This document shows, one piece after another, positions 48,203 through 55,990 of a stretch of 64,000 bases of DNA. Within the stretch, counting starts at the first letter, position 1. Each line of letters opens with the position of its first letter. The translations under genes were made by a program, and so were the position numbers. The DNA is taken from IMG/VR virus record IMGVR_UViG_3300024521_000001, positions 32,001 to 96,000 of that record, one strand, 5' to 3'. The notes under the pieces are model-generated. The model did not search any database, was not told the origin of the DNA, and was given only the letters and a program-made list of their open reading frames with translations. The stretch comes from a virus. Its lineage: Duplodnaviria > Caudoviricetes.

Positions 48203-49801
48203 CTAGCCGTAATCAACTATTGTTCCGGGCGGTGTGTGGTTCCTGGAAATTCCACCAAGCCCTGATCCCCCGATTGACGCGAAAGGATCAAATTCACCTG
48301 GAACTGGAATCCGTTGAACCTGCACAAGGGGTTCAGCGGGAAAGTCTCCACCATCGAAGGGATCGTTCTCGTAGGCTGTGCCAGGAACGGTCACAGTGAT
48401 GGCTTCACCGGCGGTAATATCGTAGGCGGGTGATGCTGTCAGGGTGATTGTCACCACCGTATCGCTGGTGCGCACGACAGCCCCGACCACTTCCTTGTCC
48501 CGAACCTCGTTATTCCAACCCGTCAGCTCCGACTGTGCGGAGTCCATACCGTCGATGATGTTCTGTCGCTGCGCCTCAAACGTGGCCCCGGCCGCAACCC
48601 AGGTCGCGTTGGTCAGGGTGATAGTGAGAACTTTCCCGCCATCGACAATATTCTGCTCCACGGTCAGGTCGGCCAGGGTCCCGCCGAGATCCGCTAACGC
48701 GGCCAGCTCGTTGTACTTGATGACCCCGCCATCGTTGACGAAGTAGGCGAGTGTGGGTCTTCCCTCTCGGGTGAAGAAATTACCCGAAACAAAGGTAACC
48801 GATCCGGCGAACTCCAAGGTATCTACTCCCCAACCTCCGCTGTTGGTGTTCTCGTCACGGTACAGATCACCGTCACTCTGCCTCGCGTAAAGGGCGTAGA
48901 CTCGGTCCACATCGGACTTGACGAAAAGGGAAGCCATCACTTGTTCGTTGTCGACAACGGGAGAGCTGTCGCTGACCTGTTCTTGAGCTCCTGGCACTCC
49001 ATCGGCGTCGATCTCTGCGGAGAACAGTTCCCCACTCGTCATGTGTGCGGTGGTGATCCGCTCCACCCCGGTTGCATCGTAAAAGGCAGGACGAGGAAGT
49101 ATGAAATCTTCGGTGTCCGTTGCCGTATCGTTGGTGTTTTCGGCAGCGGAAAGGGTATTTCCTGAAGTCAGGCTCTTGTGGACCGCATTGGAGTTGGTGT
49201 CGTCGTGATAGACGAAATGCACCTTATCACCGGCCCCTAAGACACAGCCGCAAAAGAAAAAATCGACCTCGCCTCCGTCGTCCAGGGCGATATCCGAAGT
49301 CCACACGGCCCCGTCTTTACGAGCGAAGTTGGCTCTCTGCTTCTGCCCCATGTTTGATACGGTTGGCCCCTGGTAACCGATGACAGGCCCTCCGCTTCTC
49401 ACGGCTATGTCGATGTTCTTATTGGCATCGGTGGGTGTTACGCCTTCTCCTCCAGTGTCTTCATTGCTGGTGGTGAAAGTGTCGCTGGACATTGAAAAGA
49501 CGTGATAAAGGATCGGCTCGGTGGGACCTGTGGCACGAATCGTGGTTGCGATATGAATGTTGTCCCCAAGTTGAGTCGCAGCATAAGAGAAGATTTCAGG
49601 ATTGCCTCCGGACTGAGTAAGGCTGGCTGCCAGAGTGAAGCCATCCTCCGGAGAGGCTAACTTGATGATATCCAGGTCGCCTAAGTTTGTGTCGTTCTGA
49701 AAGACGCCATAGACAGCCCCGCTGCTGGACACAAAGGGACCGCTCTTTCCAGCTGCTCTTGCGAGGGCGGTTACGCCAGTGATCGTGGTCGGAAAAGGCA
49801 T
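48203..49801 (-). CDS. Beta-propeller plus Ig-like domain protein (likely virion-associated)
   Basis: IHIA/VHFVY blade motifs; VVRTSDTVVTITL C-domain. Confidence 0.6.
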   Translation of the reverse strand: MPFPTTITGVTALARAAGKSGPFVSSSGAVYGVFQNDTNLGDLDIIKLASPEDGFTLAASLTQSGGNPEIFSYAATQLGDNIHIATTIRATGPTEPILYHVFSMSSDTFTTSNEDTGGEGVTPTDANKNIDIAVRSGGPVIGYQGPTVSNMGQKQRANFARKDGAVWTSDIALDDGGEVDFFFCGCVLGAGDKVHFVYHDDTNSNAVHKSLTSGNTLSAAENTNDTATDTEDFILPRPAFYDATGVERITTAHMTSGELFSAEIDADGVPGAQEQVSDSSPVVDNEQVMASLFVKSDVDRVYALYARQSDGDLYRDENTNSGGWGVDTLEFAGSVTFVSGNFFTREGRPTLAYFVNDGGVIKYNELAALADLGGTLADLTVEQNIVDGGKVLTITLTNATWVAAGATFEAQRQNIIDGMDSAQSELTGWNNEVRDKEVVGAVVRTSDTVVTITLTASPAYDITAGEAITVTVPGTAYENDPFDGGDFPAEPLVQVQRIPVPGEFDPFASIGGSGLGGISRNHTPPGTIVDYG

Positions 49802-50469
49802 TAGAGGAAGTCCCAGGTCCGATAGTCAATAAAACTTTGGTCAGGTTTAAGAGCCTTCCAATCTGCAAGCGATTGGCGGTTGAAGGCAGGATCAACCTTC
49901 CAGTCATCATCCGTTGGCTCAAAAGTCTTAATCATGTGAATCACATGATCGTTGGGTGTCGGGCCAAACAGCCGAGCTGCTGAGGTATTGAAGAAGGGGA
50001 TCAGCTCAATGTCGTCGTAGCTCTCCAGGACGCTCTCAGTAATCACCCAATCGAACTGAGTGCCTCCGGTCAGGGCGTTGATCTCTGCGGGTGTGATGGA
50101 GTTGATTCCCCGCTCCGCAAAGGAAACGTCAGGTCGTGCTTCAACGGCCCGGACGTTGGCAACGTGGGTACTGCTGTCCTGTCCCCAGATGTTGGTGAAG
50201 CCCAGGTCGATGAAGGCTTCGATCAGGTAGCCCAGGCCGCAGCCCATCACCCAGATCCGGTCTGTCGCTCCAAGCCCGAACGCGCTGATCAGTTCGTTGG
50301 CTCGATCTTCGTACTCGGTGATATCGCTGTTGTAGGGATTGCTGAAGTGCTGAGCGAACAAACGCCCGTAGCCTACCCATTGCCCGAATTGAGGATGATT
50401 GGGATCCCGAATGTTTTGCCGATAGTGATCGTCAAACTCAGCTTCGGTGTCCCACGTTACACGCGGCAT
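49801..50469 (-). CDS. Class I SAM-dependent methyltransferase
   Basis: IWVMGCGLGYL motif I, WGQDSS, FDWVITESVLE. Confidence 0.75.
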   Translation of the reverse strand: MPRVTWDTEAEFDDHYRQNIRDPNHPQFGQWVGYGRLFAQHFSNPYNSDITEYEDRANELISAFGLGATDRIWVMGCGLGYLIEAFIDLGFTNIWGQDSSTHVANVRAVEARPDVSFAERGINSITPAEINALTGGTQFDWVITESVLESYDDIELIPFFNTSAARLFGPTPNDHVIHMIKTFEPTDDDWKVDPAFNRQSLADWKALKPDQSFIDYRTWDFL

Positions 50470-50801
50470 CAGTATTCTTCAAAGAGTACGGTCGCGCCAT
50501 CATCAGCGGTGTCGGCGTTGATGAAATAGTCAGCCAGGTTGTAGGGATTGGGTCCAACTCCCGAAGGAGGGGGAGAATAGGACTGTCCAGTGGCTAGCCT
50601 GGTTCCAAACGCATCTTGAGGGGTCCCTGAGCCATTGCCGACGTTTTCACTACCGACGTAGATATCTCCGGTGTTCGTTCCTGGGGAAGCTCCGGTTTTA
50701 CCTGCCTGGATGGTGAAGTGATTGACCGATTTCGACGTTGCCGAAAGCGGAACAGGTGTTCCCGGAGCGGTGACCACTACTTCTAATTCTCCTACTGCCA
50801 T
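50469..50801 (-). CDS. Small beta-domain decoration-like protein (third paralog)
   Basis: GTPVPLSATS..IQA..NTGDIYVG..LADYFINAD..DDGATV. Confidence 0.65.
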   Translation of the reverse strand: MAVGELEVVVTAPGTPVPLSATSKSVNHFTIQAGKTGASPGTNTGDIYVGSENVGNGSGTPQDAFGTRLATGQSYSPPPSGVGPNPYNLADYFINADTADDGATVLFEEY

Positions 50802-50804
50802 TTG

Positions 50805-50987
50805 TTACCTCCTACTTGACGATCTTCCAGTTGCGGTCCTGGTCGGTTTTCTTTTGGTGAGTCTGCTTTTCACCGGGGACAATAACTCTTTGATTGTCCT
50901 GGCCGCTCCCGTTGGCGGGGGCTTGATCGGGACCTGTTTCTTGGGTGCGCTTTTCTTTTTCCCGCCCAATAAACCAAAAAGTGCCAT
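50805..50987 (-). CDS. Small basic protein 6
   Basis: Ends KRKPTRTATGRSSSRR; TAATG coupling. Confidence 0.65.
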   Translation of the reverse strand: MALFGLLGGKKKSAPKKQVPIKPPPTGAARTIKELLSPVKSRLTKRKPTRTATGRSSSRR

Positions 50988-51445
50988 TACCGTCCTCCGT
51001 ATCGAGTGGACCGCCTGGTGGTCCTGGTCGATTTTCTTTTGAAGGGCCTGTTTAACTCTTGGATTGTTCGTTCTGAGGCTGTAGCCAGAGGTGTTCCTGC
51101 TGTTCCAGCGATCTTAGGGATCACATCTCCTACCATTTCGCGGGTTGTTTCCCTGGTCCTGAGAGCTCCTCCGACTCCCCTTAGAGCTCCCCTGACTGCT
51201 TTCTTTCTCCTGCTGACAGGTTTCGTTCTTGCAGCCTCGATCTTCTCTTTTGTGAGCGTCGGAGTTTGCGTTTTTGCTGGTGGGGCCGGTGTGTCCTTGT
51301 TGAAGACTTCCCGGACACGCTTCACGCGGGGATCAGTTAAGACTGCTTTCTTCGCAGCACCAGCGGTCTTTTTCGCTCCCCGGCCAATGGCACGGCCCAC
51401 TGTGCCGAGGAGAGTGCCCTTTTTCTTTTTTTCTTCGTCGGCCAT
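50987..51445 (-). CDS. Small basic protein 5
   Basis: Ends KRKSTRTTRRSTRYGGR. Confidence 0.7.
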   Translation of the reverse strand: MADEEKKKKGTLLGTVGRAIGRGAKKTAGAAKKAVLTDPRVKRVREVFNKDTPAPPAKTQTPTLTKEKIEAARTKPVSRRKKAVRGALRGVGGALRTRETTREMVGDVIPKIAGTAGTPLATASERTIQELNRPFKRKSTRTTRRSTRYGGR

Positions 51446-51652
51446 TTAATGTCTCCTTGACTCACGACTGGACTTGCGGGCTTTCTCTCGCTTGTGGTCT
51501 TCTCTTTGTTTCTTCGCAGCGCGGCCATAGACTGTAGTCCCGGCTCGCTTCTTGAGCGATTGCACACGCTGATCCCGCGCAATTTGAGCGTCCATTCGTT
51601 TAATCACGCCCTTTTGTTCAGCGGAAAGATGTGGACTGAGCTTCTCGGCCAT
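51446..51652 (-). CDS. Small basic protein 4
   Basis: Ends KARKSSRESRRH. Confidence 0.7.
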   Translation of the reverse strand: MAEKLSPHLSAEQKGVIKRMDAQIARDQRVQSLKKRAGTTVYGRAAKKQREDHKREKARKSSRESRRH

Positions 51653-51655
51653 GGG

Positions 51656-51997
51656 TTATCTCCCTGACTTGCGGGCTGAGTCACGACTGGACTTGCGGGT
51701 TTTCTTTCGTAAGGGCTTAAGACCAATTCTACCCCGCTCAAAAGGAACTTTTGGACTCCTGGGTTTTCTGCCCTCCTTGGTTCGTCCTAAGCCGATATAG
51801 CTGTGCTTCTTGAGCTCTCGCTTCTTGAACTGCTTTGGAATGATCTCTTTTTTGATGAACATTGAGGCCATACTGCCAGACCCCCGAGGAACATCGCCTT
51901 TGGGAGCAGGGCGGCTTATTCTCTCGGACTTCATCTTGAAGCCAGCCTTCTTTTGCCCTTTTTCCCTCAATGCTCTGATTGCGTCTTTCCCAGGCAT
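51656..51997 (-). CDS. Small basic protein 3
   Basis: Ends KTRKSSRDSARKSGR. Confidence 0.7.
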   Translation of the reverse strand: MPGKDAIRALREKGQKKAGFKMKSERISRPAPKGDVPRGSGSMASMFIKKEIIPKQFKKRELKKHSYIGLGRTKEGRKPRSPKVPFERGRIGLKPLRKKTRKSSRDSARKSGR

Positions 51998-52000
51998 AGG

Positions 52001-52354
52001 TTACCTCCCTGAGCTTCGAGTTGACTTGCGGGTGGATTTGCGAGCCTTCTTCCTCATGCCAACAGGAAGCGATTCAGTGGCTCCCCTGGCTGCTCCCCCT
52101 CTCGCTGCCTCTCTAGCTTCCTTGAGCTTCTTCTGCCTTTCTGTTTCGGCTTTGGGAAACACGGCTCCTCGAAGTGTCTGACCAATGCTTCTGCCTGCAC
52201 CGAGGACAATGTCGGAAACGCTGCGCTTGGGTGGGGGATTCTTCCGGACCATTTCGTGACCGGCACGTTCACTTCGACCGGCCTGGATATCGGCGGCTCG
52301 TTGAGCCACGGTCGCTCCTTTTGGGAGCGGTTTCCTTTTTGTTGACTCTGCCAT
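52001..52354 (-). CDS. Small basic protein (first of array)
   Basis: Ends KARKSTRKSTRSSGR; AGGAGG RBS. Confidence 0.7.
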   Translation of the reverse strand: MAESTKRKPLPKGATVAQRAADIQAGRSERAGHEMVRKNPPPKRSVSDIVLGAGRSIGQTLRGAVFPKAETERQKKLKEAREAARGGAARGATESLPVGMRKKARKSTRKSTRSSGR

Positions 52355-52374
52355 GGTGACTTCCTCCTATGTCC

Positions 52375-52393
52375 AGTATCCGCAGCTTGTCAA
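52375..52393 (-). promoter_or_regulatory. Promoter-like motif TTGACA-N7-GATACT
   Basis: Immediately after terminator, before RBS of the basic-protein operon. Confidence 0.6.
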
Positions 52394-52396
52394 CAC

Positions 52397-52431
52397 CAAA
52401 AAGAAAAGGAGCAGCCGAAGCCGCTCCTTTT
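52397..52431 (-). terminator. Intrinsic terminator
   Basis: GGAGCGGC-TTCG-GCTGCTCC-TTTTCTTTTT. Confidence 0.85.
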
Positions 52432-52470
52432 AATGGCGGGAGAAAAGTTCGCCATGGTGTGGGTCACCAC
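52397..52470 (-). ncRNA. Candidate ~75-nt sRNA
   Basis: Bounded by promoter-like motif and terminator; hairpins GTGG/CCAC and ATGGCG/CGCCAT. Confidence 0.4.
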
Positions 52471-52474
52471 TTTC

Positions 52475-52493
52475 AGTATGGCGAAGCTGTCAA
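52475..52493 (-). promoter_or_regulatory. Promoter-like motif TTGACA-N7-CATACT
   Basis: Exactly 100 bp upstream of the previous copy. Confidence 0.55.
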
Positions 52494-52547
52494 GCTGTCA
52501 GGGGAGTTATGCTACACTCTCGGTGTTCGTTTGAGTTTTTCTATCCT

Positions 52548-52583
52548 AGAGGCGGTAGTTGGTTGGTCCTGGCTACCGCCTCT
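52548..52583. terminator. 11-bp stem hairpin after the PLA2-like gene
   Basis: AGAGGCGGTAG-N14-CTACCGCCTCT. Confidence 0.45.
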
Positions 52584-52589
52584 TTTCCT

Positions 52590-52970
52590 TTATGGGCCAG
52601 TCCTGGGCCACTTCCATCCAAAGCCCCATCGAAACGGAGCCGGGATAACACCCATGCCGCCGATCTGCACACCCAGGAACATAAGCGGGGCCATCACCAG
52701 TCGAGGAACGGCCTTCGGGTAGTTTCGCCAGTTGCCTAAATCACGGAGTTTTAGAAGAGGGACCCTCTTCGTTTTGAATGTTCACCAAAATAGAGCAGCG
52801 TCAGCCTTCACGCGCTGCCAGTATGTCCCGCCCATCCAGTAGGCCAGATCGTGCGCGTAACAGCATTGGCGCCAGTTCCCATCAAACCACTTACTACAGC
52901 CATCGAAATGGAAGTCGTAGTCGGTTTTTATCAAAGCAGAATGATCATCGTTGCAATACCCGCACCCCAA
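52590..52970 (-). CDS. PLA2-like protein with in-frame UGA at 52782-52784 (recoded or pseudogene)
   Basis: DGCS..WRQCCYAHDLAYWMGG..RVKADAALFW-UGA then in frame ..APLMFLGVQIGG..PFRWGFGW..TAA. Confidence 0.7.
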
Positions 52971-53299
52971 CCGCCCAGGTCCCAGAGGGACTTCTTCAGG
53001 GTGTAACGCGGGTCCTGCAAGGAGATGATCGCACGTTGCTCTAACTCCTGTTGACTTTCACTATTGTCGATGAGGTCTTGTAAGATCAGCCCTCTGATCT
53101 TAGCCAGCTTATTGGCATCGAAGATCTCCCGGCCGGCAATCACAGCCATCATGAAAGCTGTAGCCATGACTTTACCCAGGATGCCCGGATCCGCATGGGA
53201 CAGCGGCTCGGCCAGGAACCTCCAAACCATCATCCACACTCCGAAAGCTGAGAAGTAGTGGATTACGAATCGCTTGGCGATATGCTTTCTTTCAGACAT
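52931..53299 (-). CDS. Membrane protein
   Basis: Three hydrophobic segments; REIFD..KSLWDL..W.AG. Confidence 0.65.
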   Translation of the reverse strand: MSERKHIAKRFVIHYFSAFGVWMMVWRFLAEPLSHADPGILGKVMATAFMMAVIAGREIFDANKLAKIRGLILQDLIDNSESQQELEQRAIISLQDPRYTLKKSLWDLGGWGAGIATMIILL

Positions 53300-53469
53300 A
53301 TCAGAACCTCGACGGCTTTGTAGTCTTTAAGATTATCCAGGCTTTTGTTTATTGCTCTAAATTCTTGGAGAAGTAGGTGTCTGTGAGGACCGAGATAACG
53401 GTAGCAGATCCGCCCAACAGGATCAACGATAGACCATGCCGTAACAGGAGGCACTTCACGCTCTATCAT
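53263..53469 (-). CDS. Hypothetical protein
   Basis: Start re-called at MIEREV. Confidence 0.45.
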   Translation of the reverse strand: MIEREVPPVTAWSIVDPVGRICYRYLGPHRHLLLQEFRAINKSLDNLKDYKAVEVLICLKESISPSDS

Positions 53470-53761
53470 CTGGAGCCTCACCGTCATGGGCTTTTGCGCT
53501 TCTGAGGAAATAACCGATTTTATCGAGAATCGCGTCACCGCCCGTACAGGTGGGACACTTACACCTTTTCGATCCCGCGTCCGGATGAGACTTCCGAAAG
53601 CGGTCAAAGGCTTCCCGATCCGATTCGCCTTCCCTCATGACGGGGATATGATGCTCGTCTTCGATGTGGTCGTAGAGATCGTTTTCAGTCTTGGGGAGAT
53701 TCTTAATGTCTTCTGCTGTAAGACCCTTCAGGGCAATACAGTATTTGCAGGCAATAGGCAT
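53456..53761 (-). CDS. Cys/His-rich hypothetical protein
   Basis: CKYC..HIEDEH..CKCPTC; start re-called. Confidence 0.55.
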   Translation of the reverse strand: MPIACKYCIALKGLTAEDIKNLPKTENDLYDHIEDEHHIPVMREGESDREAFDRFRKSHPDAGSKRCKCPTCTGGDAILDKIGYFLRSAKAHDGEAPDDRA

Positions 53762-53762
53762 T

Positions 53763-54095
53763 TCATCGGAAAGCGGCTGTGGCGTGATGAAAGGGCTTCG
53801 GAGATTCGATATCGCCATCCAACTGCTTCAAGATCTGTTCTCGTACAGCGTCGGGATTCAATCCCAGGACCGCTGACCAAAAGTTGAAGCCCCACTCTTT
53901 GTCGTCCATCAACCAATGCAGGGCATCGTTTTTATAAAGAGTCGATTCGGTTTGCTTGTTCTTACACTTGTGGTGGTAGGGATTCTCTTTGGCATCCTTG
54001 AAGGCTTGCATCATCACACTGACAGCCAAGTGTCGTTCGCCCTGGCTGATATTGGATTCCTTCTTGACGGTTTTAACGTAGCGTCGTTTCTTCAT
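53763..54095 (-). CDS. Conserved helical phage protein (possible late regulator)
   Basis: LAVSVMMQAFKD..ALHWL..FNFWSAVLGLNPDAVR pattern; start re-called at ATGA overlap. Confidence 0.55.
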   Translation of the reverse strand: MKKRRYVKTVKKESNISQGERHLAVSVMMQAFKDAKENPYHHKCKNKQTESTLYKNDALHWLMDDKEWGFNFWSAVLGLNPDAVREQILKQLDGDIESPKPFHHATAAFR

Positions 54096-54457
54096 TCTTT
54101 TGAAGATTTCATTGCCCACCGCACTATTCTCTGTCTCAAAGGATCTGTTACCCGCCATAGTCTTTCCAGTAGCCCCGGCTTCTTGTAGATGAACGGCACT
54201 CGGATCGGCCATTGCCTACCATCTACCGCTTCCTTGCCGTGGACAATGTCTATTGGCTTAAAGGGTACATTATCGGCATGAAAGATCTGACAGTTGGCGC
54301 AGTAGAGATTCTTCACATCTTCGATATACCAGCTGGTCCGTTCACAGACGAGGCACTTGATTCCGGTGAGTTCCCGGCCGGTGACGCTGTCAAGCTGTCG
54401 GACAATCGCGTAACTAGCTCCCAAGGTAAGCGTCAATCGCCCTCCTGACAATCTCAC
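54092..54457 (-). CDS. Zn-finger hypothetical protein
   Basis: IKCLVCERTSW..DV..LYCANCQIFH; start uncertain. Confidence 0.55.
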   Translation of the reverse strand: MRLSGGRLTLTLGASYAIVRQLDSVTGRELTGIKCLVCERTSWYIEDVKNLYCANCQIFHADNVPFKPIDIVHGKEAVDGRQWPIRVPFIYKKPGLLERLWRVTDPLRQRIVRWAMKSSKE

Positions 54458-54581
54458 CCTGGCTGACGTTTTTCTTTTTCGCTTCCTTCTCGAGTGTGGG
54501 CAACTGTCGAAGTTCTATGAAGTAGTTACGGCGCACCATCGTACGCCCTGGTTTGATCATGTGGACTGAGTCTTTGGTCAT
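54414..54581 (-). CDS. Ribbon-helix-helix (CopG-like) protein, 55 aa
   Basis: Read manually: MVRRNYFIELRQLPTLEKEAKKKNVSQGEIVRRAIDAYLGS; ATGA-coupled. Confidence 0.75.
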   Translation of the reverse strand: MTKDSVHMIKPGRTMVRRNYFIELRQLPTLEKEAKKKNVSQGEIVRRAIDAYLGS

Positions 54582-55618
54582 GCTGCTACCCGATGAACGA
54601 TTGCCTGTTTCCAGAGTTTCGTTTCGTCACACTGACAGAGCATGTAGTGGATACCGACCTGATCTCCCTCGACCCAATAACCGCCAGCTGCATGAATACA
54701 GAGGCTCTCTTTCTGCTCGATCCATTTGCCCTGACGGTCCTGTTTCAGAAGTCCAATTCTCCGGTGCGCTCTGAGCCTAAAGCCTACCCCTGGCTTTTGG
54801 ATGCTCGGCAAGTCCACATAGCCGTTCTTCTCGTAGTGATGGTAGAGGATATCGCCCAGGAGTTTCTTGAGGAGATTATTACCGCGGACTTCGGCAATGG
54901 CGCGGGGAGTCTCAAGGTTGGGTGGTTCGGGATGCCGTGGCTGGCCCTGGAGACCGCCTCCGAAGGGACGGTAGACGTTATCGTAATCGTTGATATTGTA
55001 CCGTTGTGCCTGTAAAGCCCGATTGTCGAGAGCGTTCTGATAGTTGTCAGTATTGTACCGCTGTTGGGGCTGACCCTGAATCCGCGCTGCATACCTCTGA
55101 GCGTCGAGTTGATCGTCGCCAAATAATTGCGCTCGCTGATTGTCGACTTGCTGATTCAGATGGTCGTTGATCCTGCCCTGGATATACTGCCCCGCTCCTC
55201 TCGCGCCTTGCTGAAAGCGGTAGTCCCACTCGGTAATCCGGAGGTTCTGGATCGCTGCGGTGGTGGTTCCATTGTTCCAGGTCGCAACCGAGTTGTCAGC
55301 CGTACCGCCAGCGTTATTGTCGAAGACAATGAGGCGATCCATGTTGTTCTGATCGTAATGAGTGCGGAGTGTTATGTCGCCGCCGAGCGCACCTGACTGA
55401 ATGGTGAGATTCGTTCCCGGCTCCAGGATGAGATTGTTGTTGGTCGCCGTCACCGCGAAATTCATGTGGTCGTCGAAGGAGATATTCGTCGGTGTTGTAT
55501 CTGTAGCCGGGGTCTGAAGGCGGGCCATCCCGCCTACTGGTGGATCACCTGTTGCCACTCGACCTCCTCGACCGATAAAGCCAAAGATATTCTCTAAAAG
55601 ACTCTGCCAGAAACTCAT
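54578..55618 (-). CDS. Hypothetical protein with N/Q/D-rich linker and C-terminal LCIH..GD..DE domain
   Basis: ATGA-coupled to the GG-ending protein. Confidence 0.65.
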   Translation of the reverse strand: MSFWQSLLENIFGFIGRGGRVATGDPPVGGMARLQTPATDTTPTNISFDDHMNFAVTATNNNLILEPGTNLTIQSGALGGDITLRTHYDQNNMDRLIVFDNNAGGTADNSVATWNNGTTTAAIQNLRITEWDYRFQQGARGAGQYIQGRINDHLNQQVDNQRAQLFGDDQLDAQRYAARIQGQPQQRYNTDNYQNALDNRALQAQRYNINDYDNVYRPFGGGLQGQPRHPEPPNLETPRAIAEVRGNNLLKKLLGDILYHHYEKNGYVDLPSIQKPGVGFRLRAHRRIGLLKQDRQGKWIEQKESLCIHAAGGYWVEGDQVGIHYMLCQCDETKLWKQAIVHRVAA

Positions 55619-55872
55619 CCCCCAACGGTCTGAGGGATTCCCAGGATGCTCTCAATCTTCGGGTCGAACTTGCTGATTTTCTCGCCCTTCTTCCCGCCAA
55701 AGTTCATCTTGAAGAAGGCGTAGCCTTTCTTCTTCAGCTTGTCGAAGGTCAGCTGTGTTGCGGCCACTTCGTCTTTGTCGTCCGGATCCCATTGCAGCTT
55801 AACGTCGCCTTCTTTAATGTCCATGAAAGCCAGTGTGTGTTTCGGTTTCTCAAGGGTTGCTGTCGGTGTCAT
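55615..55872 (-). CDS. Small protein ending in di-glycine
   Basis: GDVKLQWDPDD..EV..FD.LKKKGY..FDP..IPQTVGG; AGGAG RBS. Confidence 0.75.
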   Translation of the reverse strand: MTPTATLEKPKHTLAFMDIKEGDVKLQWDPDDKDEVAATQLTFDKLKKKGYAFFKMNFGGKKGEKISKFDPKIESILGIPQTVGG

Positions 55873-55990
55873 TGGTTCTCCTTTTGGGGGTTAAGTGGCC
55901 GCTTCGGGGTGTGTCGATGTAAACACTCGTTGGGCTTTCTGACTGGAGGAGAGAAGGTCACAACGAAATGAAGCGGCCACATTCATAATA

